A stretch of 48,290 bases of DNA from Oceanospirillales bacterium LUC14_002_19_P2 (GCA_002084115.1 MUIA01000174.1:1-48290), one strand, 5' to 3'. Shown: positions 19,235-30,105, numbered from the stretch's first letter. Numbers and translations are program-made. The notes: generated by a model not told the origin, from the sequence alone.

Positions 19235-20274
19235 GATGATGCACTATTCCCTTCAGCCGATTCAGGCGCCTTGATGACCCGGTTTCGTCCCTGTTCCTTG
19301 GCTTCGTACAGGGCTTCATCCGCCCGTTTGATCAGCTGTTCTGTTTCAATATCGCCCAGTGCGGGAATACAACTTGCGACCCCCAGGCTAATCGTGACCC
19401 ATTCGCACACCTGTGACTTGGCATTTTCCAACTGCAGTGCTTCAACCGTACTGCGCAACTGCTCACCAACATTGGCAGCCCCATCCAAATCAGTCCCGGG
19501 CAGCAATACCGCAAATTCTTCCCCGCCATAACGGGCCACCATATCCGCAGGACGTTTCAGGCAGCCAGCAAGAGCCTTGGCCACCCGGCGTAACACTTCA
19601 TCCCCGTGCTGGTGGCCATAATGGTCATTACACTTCTTGAAGAAATCGATATCCATCATGATCAGGGACAACGGATCGCTATCACGGGTCGCCCGTTCCC
19701 ACTCAGTATCAATCGTTTCCTGGAAAGTACGGCGGTTAGGAATGCCGGTCAGGCCGTCCATGCTGGCCAGCTGCTGCAGCTTGATATTACTGGCCGCCAG
19801 TTTACGCTGGCTGATATCCAGCGCCCGAAACGCCTCATCACGCTGCAGCAACCGGATATAACATTGTGAGTGATATCGAATTCTCGCCAGCAGCTCGATG
19901 GATTCCGGCAATTTGATCAAGTAATCATTACCGCCAGCACTGAAAATATCGGCTTTCAGTTTGGCATCATCTTTCATGGATAACGCCACCACGGGCACCG
20001 ATTGTGTGGCTTCATTAACCCGGAGATAACGCAACAACGTCAGGCCATCGATATCCGGCATGACCATGTCGAGCAGGATAACCGTGGGTTTAAGCTGCTC
20101 AGCGACATCGAGCGCCGTACTGGCATCCGAGCAGTAATGCATCCGCAGATCATCTTCCCCCTCAACCATCAGGCGCAGTGCTTCCGCCACCATGGGGTCA
20201 TCATCAATCAGCAACACCAGGCAGTGATCCTGTGTATCAACCATCTTGCTGGCTGAGTTGTCATCGGTTATCAC
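19231..20274 (-). CDS. wspR: WspR-like REC-GGDEF diguanylate cyclase
   Basis: REC (LIDDD, LLDMVMP, IKLP), DGLTG, RPAD inhibitory site, ARYGGEEF. Confidence 0.92.
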   Translation of the reverse strand: MITDDNSASKMVDTQDHCLVLLIDDDPMVAEALRLMVEGEDDLRMHYCSDASTALDVAEQLKPTVILLDMVMPDIDGLTLLRYLRVNEATQSVPVVALSMKDDAKLKADIFSAGGNDYLIKLPESIELLARIRYHSQCYIRLLQRDEAFRALDISQRKLAASNIKLQQLASMDGLTGIPNRRTFQETIDTEWERATRDSDPLSLIMMDIDFFKKCNDHYGHQHGDEVLRRVAKALAGCLKRPADMVARYGGEEFAVLLPGTDLDGAANVGEQLRSTVEALQLENAKSQVCEWVTISLGVASCIPALGDIETEQLIKRADEALYEAKEQGRNRVIKAPESAEGNSASS

Positions 20275-21323
20275 AGGCGTCTCCCTCCCTGCATCATTCC
20301 CCCGTGGCGGGGCAAAGCAATCATGTCTCGTAGCTGTTGCCCAATATCCTGTGGTGTCATAATGTCATCGGCAGCACCACGCTGAATCGCATCCTGTGGC
20401 ATACCATACACGGCACAACTGGCTTCATTCTGGGCAAAGGTGTGATAGCCCAGCCGCCTGAGGGCGAGCAGCCCCCTGCCACCATCACGCCCCATTCCCG
20501 TCAATAGAACAGCCATCATTTTATCGCGCCAGTACTGGCCAGCACTGCAAAAAAACTCATCAACGGACGGTCGGTAAGGGTTTTCAACAGGTTCACGGGT
20601 ATACCCCAGCCTGCCGGTCGGATCCATCACCAGGTGATCATTCGTTTTTGCCAATAACACCGTGCCCACTTCTGGCTTTTCTCCTCCCTGGATGATGCGG
20701 GTTCGCATCGGAATTTGTGAATCCAGCCACTCAGCCATACCAGAGGCATATTCCTCATCCACATGTTGAACAATCACAACCGCCGCTGGCAAATCCGCAG
20801 GTAGTTCAGCAAGGAGCAAAGCAACAGCGCCAGGACCGCCTGTCGAGCACCCAATCGCTATCAACATATCGGCGTTCTGGGCCGTCTGCTTTTTGATGGG
20901 TGAGGCGGACTTGTTTGCGCTTGCCCCCCCTGCTTCGTTATCCTCAACCAGTGTCCTGACCGACTTCATCTTACTGAGAAAATGGGCGATGCTATCGGCC
21001 TTGTCAGAGGGCATTTCCACCGCATCCAGCGCGCCGGCAGACAACGCTTTAAAGATACCGGCACTTTTGTGTTCTGCACTGGTAATAATGACAATGGCGC
21101 AGGGGTTGTCTTTCATGATGTTGCGGGTCACTGTTACCCCATCCTCACCACCAGACAACGTCAGCGCCATGAGTATCAGCTCCGGCTTCTGGTGTAGACA
21201 ACGGCGGACGGCTGCAGGGCCATTACTGACTTCCCATAGCACCTGCCAACCCAGTTTCTCACGCACCAGGCGGGTCAGTTTCTCACGCTGCGCTAATTCT
21301 GGCTCAACAATCCCTATTTTCAT
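20271..21323 (-). CDS. wspF: WspF/CheB methylesterase with atypical receiver
   Basis: Catalytic motifs GCSTGGP, VQHVD, RPSVD, LTGMGRDG, YGMP. N-terminal REC-like domain. Confidence 0.9.
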   Translation of the reverse strand: MKIGIVEPELAQREKLTRLVREKLGWQVLWEVSNGPAAVRRCLHQKPELILMALTLSGGEDGVTVTRNIMKDNPCAIVIITSAEHKSAGIFKALSAGALDAVEMPSDKADSIAHFLSKMKSVRTLVEDNEAGGASANKSASPIKKQTAQNADMLIAIGCSTGGPGAVALLLAELPADLPAAVVIVQHVDEEYASGMAEWLDSQIPMRTRIIQGGEKPEVGTVLLAKTNDHLVMDPTGRLGYTREPVENPYRPSVDEFFCSAGQYWRDKMMAVLLTGMGRDGGRGLLALRRLGYHTFAQNEASCAVYGMPQDAIQRGAADDIMTPQDIGQQLRDMIALPRHGGMMQGGRRL

Positions 21324-24286
21324 GAGCTCATGATATCCCCGCTGCCGCTGGTCTCATCAGACTGTGCACCGCCAATCAGATCCTGGACGGTACGTATAAA
21401 GGTTTCATCCATGAAACTGCCCTTGGTGAGATAGTGATCCGCGCCCACTTCCATACCCCGCTTCCGATCAGATTCCCGATCCTTGTAGGAAATGATAATG
21501 ACCGGCAGGTGCTGGAGATGGTGTTCACTGCGAATATGCGAGATGAACTCAAATCCATCCATCCGCGGCATGTCGATGTCGGAAATGACCAGGTCATACT
21601 CATTCATACGTACGGCATTCCAGCCATCAGCGCCATCAACGGCAATATCCACCCGGTATCCGTTGTCTTCCAGCAGGCTTCGTTCCAGCTCCCGAACCGT
21701 CATGGAGTCATCAACCACCAGTACCCGTTTGGCTGAAGCTGCCCTTTCATCGTCCGTGGTACCACTATCGCATTTATCCACTCGGCCACCGGCAACCAGA
21801 CGCTCGATGGAAATCACCAGATCATCCGCATCCAGAATCAATATCGGCGTCCCATCATCCAGAAACGCAGCCGAACTGATGTCCTTGATTTTACCCATGC
21901 GGGTGTCGATAGGGCGCTCAACCAGGGTGGTTTCACCAATCACGGAATCGACGGTCATGGCATACTGATGAGATCCACGCCCCAGCACAATGGCTTCCTG
22001 TCGACCGTGCGATTGCTGTTTTTCCGGTAATTCGAGTAATTGATGGGCATTCACCAGCCCCAGCTGAACACCACTGCTGTCACGGATGTACTGCCGGCTT
22101 TCAAGTATGTTCACAGCGTCAGAGGTGAAGGTCAGCACCTTGTTGAGCGGACCAACCGGTAGTGCATAGTAAAAACCCGAAACCTCCACAACCACACAGC
22201 GCAGCATGGACAACGTCAGTGGCAGAAGCAGTTCAAAACAGCAACCCTTGCCTTCTTCCGAGTGGATCACGATGCGACCACGCAGTTCCTGCACCATCTC
22301 ATGGATCAAGTCCATGCCAACCCCACGGCCCGACACCGTGGTCACCTTGTCTTTCAATGAGAAGTTAGGCAGCAGCAGGAATTCATACAATTCGGCATCG
22401 GACATATTGGCCACCATGTCTTCGGTCGCCATATTCTTTTTGAGTATGGAAGCCCTTAGCTTCTCACGATTCACCCCTCCCCCATCATCCTTGACCGTCA
22501 CCACCAGCAAGCCAGCCTTATGGCTTGCTTCAACAACAATATGGCCTTCTTCAGGCTTACCGTTGGCCAAGCGTACATCCGTTGCTTCCAGTCCATGGTC
22601 AAGGGCATTTTGAATCAGGTGGGTCAGCGGCACATTGAGCCGCTCAAGGATATCCCGGTCGACCTGGGTGTTTTCCCCTCGGATCTCCAGACGGGCTTTC
22701 TTGCCCAGCTTTTGGGATACCGTACGTGCCAGGCGCAGCAATCCCTGAGTCCCTTCTTTGAAAGGCCGCATACGATGCCCAAGCGTTTCACGCACCAGCT
22801 TGTCTGTCAGCCCGGTGGTCTTTCGCTCATAATCTTCCAGCACTTCACAGTTATGGTTAACGGCTTCCTCTATTGCCAGGGACTCCCGCATCAATTCTGT
22901 CAGGTAGTGCCGGTCACTTTCATCAATCTGGTAGCTTTTCAACAAGGCGACACACTTCTCAACCACCTGATTCATGCTACGGGCATTGCGTCTGAGTTTG
23001 ATATTCTCCTGCCAGAATTTTTTCAGCTGCCGGGACTCAACAGATAGTTCGCCTGCCAGCCCGATAACCTTGTTCAACTTTTCAGCATTGACACGGATAA
23101 CACGCTCAGCGACGGCTTCTTCACCATCAGCATCAACAACATCTGTGGCCTCACTGACCTCAACAACCACAGCAGGCTCCGCTGGACGGTCAGTGGCTCC
23201 TTCTTTGGCCTTGAAGCTCTCGGGATCCGTCAGGACTTTGCCCAGCTCCTTATTGAGTGACTGATACTGGGCGATTGCAGCCGGATCAATACCACTTTGC
23301 TGGGTCGCCTGCTCTGACAGCTGCACAATGCTATCTACACCTTTCAGCAACAAATCAGTATGGTTGCTGTTAATGGTGATCTCTTGTTTCTGGGCGCTGA
23401 CGAAAATATCTTCTAGGGTATGCGCCAGCTGCATCACCGGATCGATATCCGCCAGACGCGCACCTCCCTTGATGGTATGGGCCATACGCATCATTGTTTC
23501 CAGCCGCTGCGGCGAACTCAATCCCTGTTCCAGTTCCAGCAGATGCCGGGTTAATACCTCAACCCGTTCTTCTAGCTCTTTCCAAAAAAACGAACGCATT
23601 TTCAAGATGGCCGGCGTCACTTCTTTTGCCGGTTCCGGTTCGGGCTCAGGCGGTTGCTCTGCAACTGGCTCATCCGGTGTCGGCGAAGGCTCTGCAGGCA
23701 AAGGCTCAACCTGATCTGAACCATTCTCTTTTGCATCCTCAACCGCTACCGGCTGCGACGCATCATTCCCTGAGGGCGCCACAGGTTTGGCATCATCCGC
23801 TTCTGGCACCTTATCGACTGCAACCTGTGATTTTGCGAGCTCAGCACTGAGATCCGACGCCTCGCGAATCAGCTCAACACTGATCTTCTCCTTACTCACG
23901 GCATCACTGGCTATGCCGCACAGACAGTCGCAGGCCTTGGACAAGATCGGTAACTGTTTTTTAATGGATGCCTGCTGCTCTCTGCGTGCTTCTGAGACAT
24001 CCTGGCACCAATTTTCACAGTAGAATTCACACCACTGCAGCATGGCATCCAGCAAACCCATAGCATTGGTGACCTTGGCCAGCTTGGCACCACCACGCAC
24101 CGTGCGGATCGTCGCAGCCATCTCGGTCAGGTCAACCCGCTCAATCCCGGCACTGGATTTCAATTTCAAGAGTTCCTGAAATTTACTGGTCTGCCTGTCA
24201 ACTTCACTCTGAAACAGCTTTCGAGCAGCCATCGCCGGATTGTTTTTCTTTGACTTGACTTGTTTCTTGGCGTCCTTGTCTGTCAT
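21320..24286 (-). CDS. wspE: WspE/CheA-like hybrid histidine kinase (pseudo-Hpt, Hpt, HATPase, CheW, REC)
   Basis: AHTIKGGAR, HLIQNALDHG, DDGGG, SGRGVGMD, C-terminal REC with VISDIDMP. Confidence 0.92.
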   Translation of the reverse strand: MTDKDAKKQVKSKKNNPAMAARKLFQSEVDRQTSKFQELLKLKSSAGIERVDLTEMAATIRTVRGGAKLAKVTNAMGLLDAMLQWCEFYCENWCQDVSEARREQQASIKKQLPILSKACDCLCGIASDAVSKEKISVELIREASDLSAELAKSQVAVDKVPEADDAKPVAPSGNDASQPVAVEDAKENGSDQVEPLPAEPSPTPDEPVAEQPPEPEPEPAKEVTPAILKMRSFFWKELEERVEVLTRHLLELEQGLSSPQRLETMMRMAHTIKGGARLADIDPVMQLAHTLEDIFVSAQKQEITINSNHTDLLLKGVDSIVQLSEQATQQSGIDPAAIAQYQSLNKELGKVLTDPESFKAKEGATDRPAEPAVVVEVSEATDVVDADGEEAVAERVIRVNAEKLNKVIGLAGELSVESRQLKKFWQENIKLRRNARSMNQVVEKCVALLKSYQIDESDRHYLTELMRESLAIEEAVNHNCEVLEDYERKTTGLTDKLVRETLGHRMRPFKEGTQGLLRLARTVSQKLGKKARLEIRGENTQVDRDILERLNVPLTHLIQNALDHGLEATDVRLANGKPEEGHIVVEASHKAGLLVVTVKDDGGGVNREKLRASILKKNMATEDMVANMSDAELYEFLLLPNFSLKDKVTTVSGRGVGMDLIHEMVQELRGRIVIHSEEGKGCCFELLLPLTLSMLRCVVVEVSGFYYALPVGPLNKVLTFTSDAVNILESRQYIRDSSGVQLGLVNAHQLLELPEKQQSHGRQEAIVLGRGSHQYAMTVDSVIGETTLVERPIDTRMGKIKDISSAAFLDDGTPILILDADDLVISIERLVAGGRVDKCDSGTTDDERAASAKRVLVVDDSMTVRELERSLLEDNGYRVDIAVDGADGWNAVRMNEYDLVISDIDMPRMDGFEFISHIRSEHHLQHLPVIIISYKDRESDRKRGMEVGADHYLTKGSFMDETFIRTVQDLIGGAQSDETSGSGDIMSS

Positions 24287-24299
24287 AACACTTTGTCCA

Positions 24300-25037
24300 T
24301 TATTTCATGGCTTGTTCCAGACCATAGAGCAGCAGGCTTGCATCCAGTAAACCCACCAGTGTGCCATCCAGTTCCAGCAACCCGATGCTGTATTTCTGCA
24401 CCGCCTTGCTCACCGTGGATGGTAACGGCATGACTTTGTCCGCACTGTATCTTGACTGTCCCCAGACCTCATCCACCTCAACAACGAGGGGCTTATCGGA
24501 TTTACCCAGCGTCACCATCCTGGGATAGGCCTTGTTGACCACACCCTGACTGTGTTCGCTATCCTGTGACTGGCTGGCAGAAATACCCAGAAGCTTGGCC
24601 AGGGAAACCACCACCAACGCATCGCCATCAATATTGGCAATGCCTTTGATGCCCTTATTGCTCCTGAGGGGAACCCAGCAACAAGGCTGCGGCTTCAAAA
24701 TGCTGCCAACCATAGCGGTATCCAGCGCAAACCATTCATCTCCCAGACGGAACAGTGTCACCTTGCGCAGTCCCGGATCAGCCTGAATTTTGGCCTGGCG
24801 GTACTGTTCACTGTACTGCAGCATTTCCTGATCATCGGCCAGAGGCTGTCCAGCCAGGCAATGCCGCCCCGCCTGCACATACGTTGGACAATTGCGGCAG
24901 TGAATGACGTCCTTTAACTCGGGGCAGGTAGCGCCATTGGTCGCCCAGACGCCGATTCGCTGCCAGCAGGCATCAATGGATTCCCGCGCATCCACATCAG
25001 TCTGGATGATGTCTGGAGATGACTCGTCTTCCGCCAT
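24300..25037 (-). CDS. wspD: WspD CheW-like adaptor
   Basis: WspD-type N-terminal CW.RIGV..CPEL...HCRNC motif plus CheW domain (FRLGDEWFAL). ATG 25037 is preceded by AAGGAG. Confidence 0.9.
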   Translation of the reverse strand: MAEDESSPDIIQTDVDARESIDACWQRIGVWATNGATCPELKDVIHCRNCPTYVQAGRHCLAGQPLADDQEMLQYSEQYRQAKIQADPGLRKVTLFRLGDEWFALDTAMVGSILKPQPCCWVPLRSNKGIKGIANIDGDALVVVSLAKLLGISASQSQDSEHSQGVVNKAYPRMVTLGKSDKPLVVEVDEVWGQSRYSADKVMPLPSTVSKAVQKYSIGLLELDGTLVGLLDASLLLYGLEQAMK

Positions 25038-25091
25038 ACCTAACTCCTTGTTACCGCACATCAGCCCTGCGATATCCTCTGTTTACATGCC

Positions 25092-26462
25092 CTAACCGAT
25101 CAAACGACTTAACCGTGTCCTGAGATTTTGTGCCTTGGCCATCTCTCCCTGCCGCTCACAGACCATCGCGCCATGGAGCAACGCTTCATGGTGTTCAGGA
25201 TGGAGGTAAAGCACTTTACGAAAATACTGAAAGGCCGACGCCCACTCACCGGCCGCTTCGCTGATCACCCCCATCAGGAACTGGGCTTCAACGTTTTCGG
25301 GATGCTGACGCATCAGTTGCCGGCAGGCTTCCTTGGCCTTGTCGAGCTTGCCGCTGTCTGCCAGCATTTCAATGGCATCCAGCTTATCTTCCAGGCTCTC
25401 AACCGCTTCTCGCGGTTTCGCAGCCGGTGCTTCCCGGGCCGTTTCCGTCTTCACCGCGGAGCGCATCAGCTCATCCGATGGCCTCGCAAATGCGAGCGTG
25501 GACGGTTTTGTCTTCACGTGTGAAACAGTGGCGGCTTTGGATGCTTCAGCACCAGAACGTAATGCTGGCTTACCAGAAAGAAGGGGGAATTTCTCTGGCT
25601 GTTTTTTGCTTTCCGCTGCTGCTGCAGGCCTGGATAGAGGAGGCACGACATTGACTGCCAGAGCATCCCGTGATGCCTTACTGAAAGCAAAGCGCTTATC
25701 CCGGGCCAGCGTATGGAAGCCCAGTTGCGCAATACTGGGGGCTTCACAATGACCCACCATCAAAATACCGTCTTCCGCCAAGCTGCGACGAAGTACATCC
25801 GCCATGCGTTTTCGGCTTGGTGCATCCAGGTAAATCAGGAAATTGCGGCAGAAAATCACATCGTACAAGCGCGGTTCTGCATTATTGGCCAACTCCAGCA
25901 GGTTTGCCTGGTGGAAACTGACACATTGCTTGACCATCGGTTTCAGGCTAAAACCATCACCGTGTTTCTTAAAATAGGGTTTGGAAAAATCCGGCATGGT
26001 GCCACGGAAGGAGACCCGGCCATATTCAGCCTTTCTCGCCTTGCGCATGGCATCCGTGTTGATGTCATAACCATCGACGACAAACTGGTTTTCCAGCAAA
26101 CCGATATCAAACAGGGCCATGGCAATGGAGTACGCTTCCTCCCCACTGCTGCACGGCATACTGGCCACCCGGAACTGCGTCAGGCCATTGAGTCGGCTCC
26201 GGCTGCCCAGGGCTTTCTCCTGTAACACGGAAAATGCCCTGAATTCCCGGAAAAACCAGGTTTCACCGACCGTAATTTCATCCACCAGGGCTGTCAATTC
26301 AACCGGGTCTTCCGTCACTTTCATGAAATAAAGATCGGGATTATCGAGTCCTGACGCGCTCATCCGGCGCTTGATACTCTGTTCAATCGCTTCCTGACCA
26401 ATCGATTCGGGATCCAGCCCAATATGTTGCCGCAACAGGCCGGTCAGTGCGTTAATCGACAT
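25092..26462 (-). CDS. wspC: WspC CheR-type methyltransferase with C-terminal TPR
   Basis: ETWFFRE, CSSGEEAYS, DVIFCRNFLIY, TPR segment RKVLYLHPEH.EAL. Confidence 0.92.
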   Translation of the reverse strand: MSINALTGLLRQHIGLDPESIGQEAIEQSIKRRMSASGLDNPDLYFMKVTEDPVELTALVDEITVGETWFFREFRAFSVLQEKALGSRSRLNGLTQFRVASMPCSSGEEAYSIAMALFDIGLLENQFVVDGYDINTDAMRKARKAEYGRVSFRGTMPDFSKPYFKKHGDGFSLKPMVKQCVSFHQANLLELANNAEPRLYDVIFCRNFLIYLDAPSRKRMADVLRRSLAEDGILMVGHCEAPSIAQLGFHTLARDKRFAFSKASRDALAVNVVPPLSRPAAAAESKKQPEKFPLLSGKPALRSGAEASKAATVSHVKTKPSTLAFARPSDELMRSAVKTETAREAPAAKPREAVESLEDKLDAIEMLADSGKLDKAKEACRQLMRQHPENVEAQFLMGVISEAAGEWASAFQYFRKVLYLHPEHHEALLHGAMVCERQGEMAKAQNLRTRLSRLIG

Positions 26463-26949
26463 GGTTCACTGACTCCTCATCCAGGTGGTGCTGCGGATAA
26501 AGCTGACCCTGCAGATCCGGTGGCAGGATATCGTGTACTTCCAGGCGATAAAGTAATTGACCGGTCTCCAATGTCGCGGCCCCGGAATAGGGAATGTGTC
26601 CGTTATTAATCACCTGGGGATTAAAAGCCTCATCGTCCAGTTTCATGGTTTCTGTCGCCTGTTCGGCAATCAGCGCCAGATGAAGGGTCTCACCGTCAAC
26701 CTCCCGGTAATTAACAACGACCGTCCGGGTACTGGTGTAACGGGCACTGGGCTGTTCATTGAACAACATGGCCAGATCAATCACGGGAATCAGCCCACCG
26801 CGGTAATTGAGTGTTCCGGCGACAGCCGGCGAGGTATGCGCCATACCATTAACCGGGATACAGGGGATGACCTCAACGATGGCATCACTGGCAAGGGCAT
26901 ACACCTGCCCGGCAATTTCAAAGCGTAAGTAAATCATTGACTGCGTCAT
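26452..26949 (-). CDS. wspB: WspB CheW-like adaptor
   Basis: YAL....EVIP, AG.LNYRG..IPVIDL, LIAEQATE. Position in operon. Confidence 0.9.
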   Translation of the reverse strand: MTQSMIYLRFEIAGQVYALASDAIVEVIPCIPVNGMAHTSPAVAGTLNYRGGLIPVIDLAMLFNEQPSARYTSTRTVVVNYREVDGETLHLALIAEQATETMKLDDEAFNPQVINNGHIPYSGAATLETGQLLYRLEVHDILPPDLQGQLYPQHHLDEESVNHVD

Positions 26950-27014
26950 TCCTTGACTAATGATTAATTCTTAACTTGACCGCTCTGCGTCAAATCTCCC
27001 TGGCCCAGGCCAGA

Positions 27015-29162
27015 TCAGCGCCGCGAACTGTCGTCGACCTGAAAGGCCGAAACCGACTGCTGCAACCGCTCTGATTCTTCGTTCAGTTTCTCCACCACAC
27101 TGTTGGACATCCGCATGGAATCATTCAGGTTCCGGATGGTCTCACCCAACTGGGACAGCGCTTCCTGAATCTGTTCAGCCCCGTCAGACTGGGAGCGCAT
27201 GCCCTGGTGCACCGATTCAAAGTGGGGCGCCAGCGCCTGCACTTTCTCAACAATCTGGCTCAGTTGATCACCCACCTGCTGGGTATCTTCAACCCCCTGG
27301 CGGATCTCATCCGAGAATTTCTCCATACCCATGACACCGGCTGACACAGCCGCCTGCATCTCCTTGACCATCTCTTCGATGTCATAGGTTGCCACAGCAG
27401 TCTGGTCTGCAAGGCGACGGATTTCCGTGGCCACCGTGCTGAAACCAACGCCATATTCTCCGGCCTTGTCCGCTTCAATGGCGGCATTGACCGACAGCAG
27501 ATTGGTCTGGTCAGCAATCTTGTTGATGGTGGTCACCACGGCATTGATATTGCCGGCTTTCTCATTCAACACCGTCAGCTTGTCTGAAATGTTCTGGGAA
27601 GCAGAGACCATCTGCTCCACGGTACCACGCATCCGGGTCAAACCTTCATGGCCATGCTCTGCCAGTTCGGACGTATCATCAACAGCCCGGGCAACCTCAT
27701 CCATGTTGTTGACCAGTTCCCGGGAGGTATGCGCGATATGCTGGGAAGTCGCCATGATCTCATTGGTCGTCGCTTCCTGTTCTTTTGCAGACGCAGCCTG
27801 CTCCTTAGTGGTCGCACTGATATTCACAGAGGAACTGGATAACTGCACACAGGATTTCTGAACATCATCGACAATACCGGCCAGGTTATCGGCCATCTGG
27901 TTAGTGCGATCCTTGAGCGTGGCAAAATCACCATTCACGTCCAGCATCACCCGCTCGGAAAAATCACCTGCCGACACAGCAGCCATCACTTTGTGAACCT
28001 CGGCAATGGCTTTCTGCTGGCCCTCCAGCATTCTGTTGAAAGCCTCGCAGGCCTGACCGGTTTCATCGGTACTGACCACCTCAAGGCGTCGGGACAGGTC
28101 ACCACTATCCTCAATATTGACCATCATATCCGCCATGGCCTTGATAGGCTTCGAAATCACGCCGGCCAGGTAAATCGCAAGACAGATAATAATGACAAGC
28201 GCTACCAGGCCAATGGCCAATATGGTGTATTGTGCACTCCGTATGGGCTCGAAGGCTTCAGCCTCATCAATTTCTGCGAGGATGGCCCAGGTGACATTAT
28301 CAGCCACTTTTACCGGCTCATAGGCGGACAATACCAGGTTACCGTTGAAATCAATGACAATACCTGAACCTGTCTGGCCAGACAGGGCGGCACGTGAAGC
28401 TTCTGTATCAACCTTGCCCAGGGAAGGATTTGCAAAGGAGGCTTTGACGGTATGATTGACCGGATCCCTATGCGAATCAGAACGCATCAAATGGTCACTC
28501 CCAACGAGATAGGTTTCACCAGTCTCCCCCATGCCCGTACGTTCTGTCATGACCTTATCAATTTCGTCAATCGATAATTGCAGTGCAATAATCATGACGG
28601 TCTTGCCCTTGTCCTTCACCGGCATCGCAATAAATGCCGCTGGTGCACCAGCGCTGGGCGCATAAGGGACGAAATCCACCATCGCAAAAGCATCCGTATT
28701 CAGTGCCATCCGGACCGCTTCGCCCAAACCACTGTCCTTGTATTTGCCTGTCAGCAGATTGGTTTGATAATCACTCTCATGGGTAACCGTAAAGAAGCTG
28801 TAACCGTTTAAATCGATCAGGAAGAGGTCGTAGTAGCCATTACGCTCAATGTAACGGGAAAACACACGCATTCCGATGTCTTCAAAATGGCCGCGGGCCG
28901 TCTTCAGCCCCTCACTTTCGATTTGAAAGCTTAGTTCATCCGCCAGCGTTTCAATCTCATCACGATTTTTATGGATCAGGTTTTGAATCTGGTGGGCTTT
29001 GATAGTTCTTACGGCTTTCAGATGCTCAAAGGCCTTACGCTCCAGGGCATCGGATTTAATCATCAAACTGACAAACCCAACGGTAAACGCGGGAATCAAC
29101 CCTGTCAAAATCAGAATAATCAATAGCTTTCGCTTAAAATCCAGGCGATTCCACACACTCAT
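27015..29162 (-). CDS. wspA: WspA-like methyl-accepting chemotaxis protein with dCache-type periplasmic sensor and two HAMP domains
   Basis: Two TM helices, YDLFLID/GETGETYLVG sensor motifs, hairpin tip IADQTNLLSVNAAIEA. ATG 29162 follows AGGAG. Confidence 0.9.
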   Translation of the reverse strand: MSVWNRLDFKRKLLIILILTGLIPAFTVGFVSLMIKSDALERKAFEHLKAVRTIKAHQIQNLIHKNRDEIETLADELSFQIESEGLKTARGHFEDIGMRVFSRYIERNGYYDLFLIDLNGYSFFTVTHESDYQTNLLTGKYKDSGLGEAVRMALNTDAFAMVDFVPYAPSAGAPAAFIAMPVKDKGKTVMIIALQLSIDEIDKVMTERTGMGETGETYLVGSDHLMRSDSHRDPVNHTVKASFANPSLGKVDTEASRAALSGQTGSGIVIDFNGNLVLSAYEPVKVADNVTWAILAEIDEAEAFEPIRSAQYTILAIGLVALVIIICLAIYLAGVISKPIKAMADMMVNIEDSGDLSRRLEVVSTDETGQACEAFNRMLEGQQKAIAEVHKVMAAVSAGDFSERVMLDVNGDFATLKDRTNQMADNLAGIVDDVQKSCVQLSSSSVNISATTKEQAASAKEQEATTNEIMATSQHIAHTSRELVNNMDEVARAVDDTSELAEHGHEGLTRMRGTVEQMVSASQNISDKLTVLNEKAGNINAVVTTINKIADQTNLLSVNAAIEADKAGEYGVGFSTVATEIRRLADQTAVATYDIEEMVKEMQAAVSAGVMGMEKFSDEIRQGVEDTQQVGDQLSQIVEKVQALAPHFESVHQGMRSQSDGAEQIQEALSQLGETIRNLNDSMRMSNSVVEKLNEESERLQQSVSAFQVDDSSRR

Positions 29163-30105
29163 TCTTTCACTCCTGAAAAATCCTTTTTTCACTGACTATG
29201 ACCGCATCATCAAACACAAAAATCTTCTACAGCCCAGCCTGTTACTTCTGTGAACAATCTTCACCCATCAAACCGGAATACCGATACCGATTGCTGCAAA
29301 CGATCCGATTCCTGGTTCAGTTCATCTACCACACTGTTGGACATCCGCATGGAATCATTGAGGTTACGGATCGTTTCCCCCAACTGGGAGAGCGCTTCTT
29401 GAATCTGTTCCGCACCATCGGACTGCGAACGCATGCCTTTATGCACGGATTCAAAGTGCGGTGCGAGTGTCTGAACCTTTTCAACAATCAGGCTAAGCTG
29501 GCCACTGACATCACGGGTATCATCCACCCCCTGGCGAATCTCGTCCGAGAATTTCTCCATGCCCATGACGCCTGCGGATACCGCAGCCTGCATTTCCTTG
29601 ACCATTTCTTCGATATCGTAAGTCGCCACAGCCGTCTGGTCTGCCAAACGCCGGATCTCCGTGGCAACCGTACTGAAGCCTACCCCATATTCACCGGCTT
29701 TATCTGCCTCGATCGCCGCATTCACCGACAGTAGATTGGTTTGATCGGCAATTTTATTGATGGCGGTGACGACCGCATTGATATTATTGGCTTTCTCGTT
29801 GAGTACCGTGAGTTTGTCGGAAATATTCTGGGAAGCCTGCACCATCTGTTCCACGGTGCCACTCATACGGGTCAGCGAACCATGCCCCTGCTCTGCCAGA
29901 CCGGAGGTCTCATCCACCGCCCGGGCCACTTCATCCATGTTGTTGACCAGGTCACGAGCCGTTTGCGAGATATGCTGGGAGGTTGCCATGATTTCATGGG
30001 TCGTGGCCTCCTGCTCCTTGGCAGACGCCGCCTGTTCCTTGGTCGTTGCACTGATACTGACGGCGGAACTGGACAGCTGTACCCCCGACTGTTGCACATT
30101 ATTGA
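27040..30105 (-). repeat. Direct duplication of ~0.8 kb of MCP signalling-domain DNA (about 27040-27870 vs 29283-30105)
   Basis: Long identical protein stretches (e.g. KIADQTNLLSVNAAIEADKAGEYGVGFSTVATEIRRLADQTAVATYDIEEMVKEMQAAVSAGVMGMEKFSDEIRQGV) with mostly synonymous DNA differences. Confidence 0.9.
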
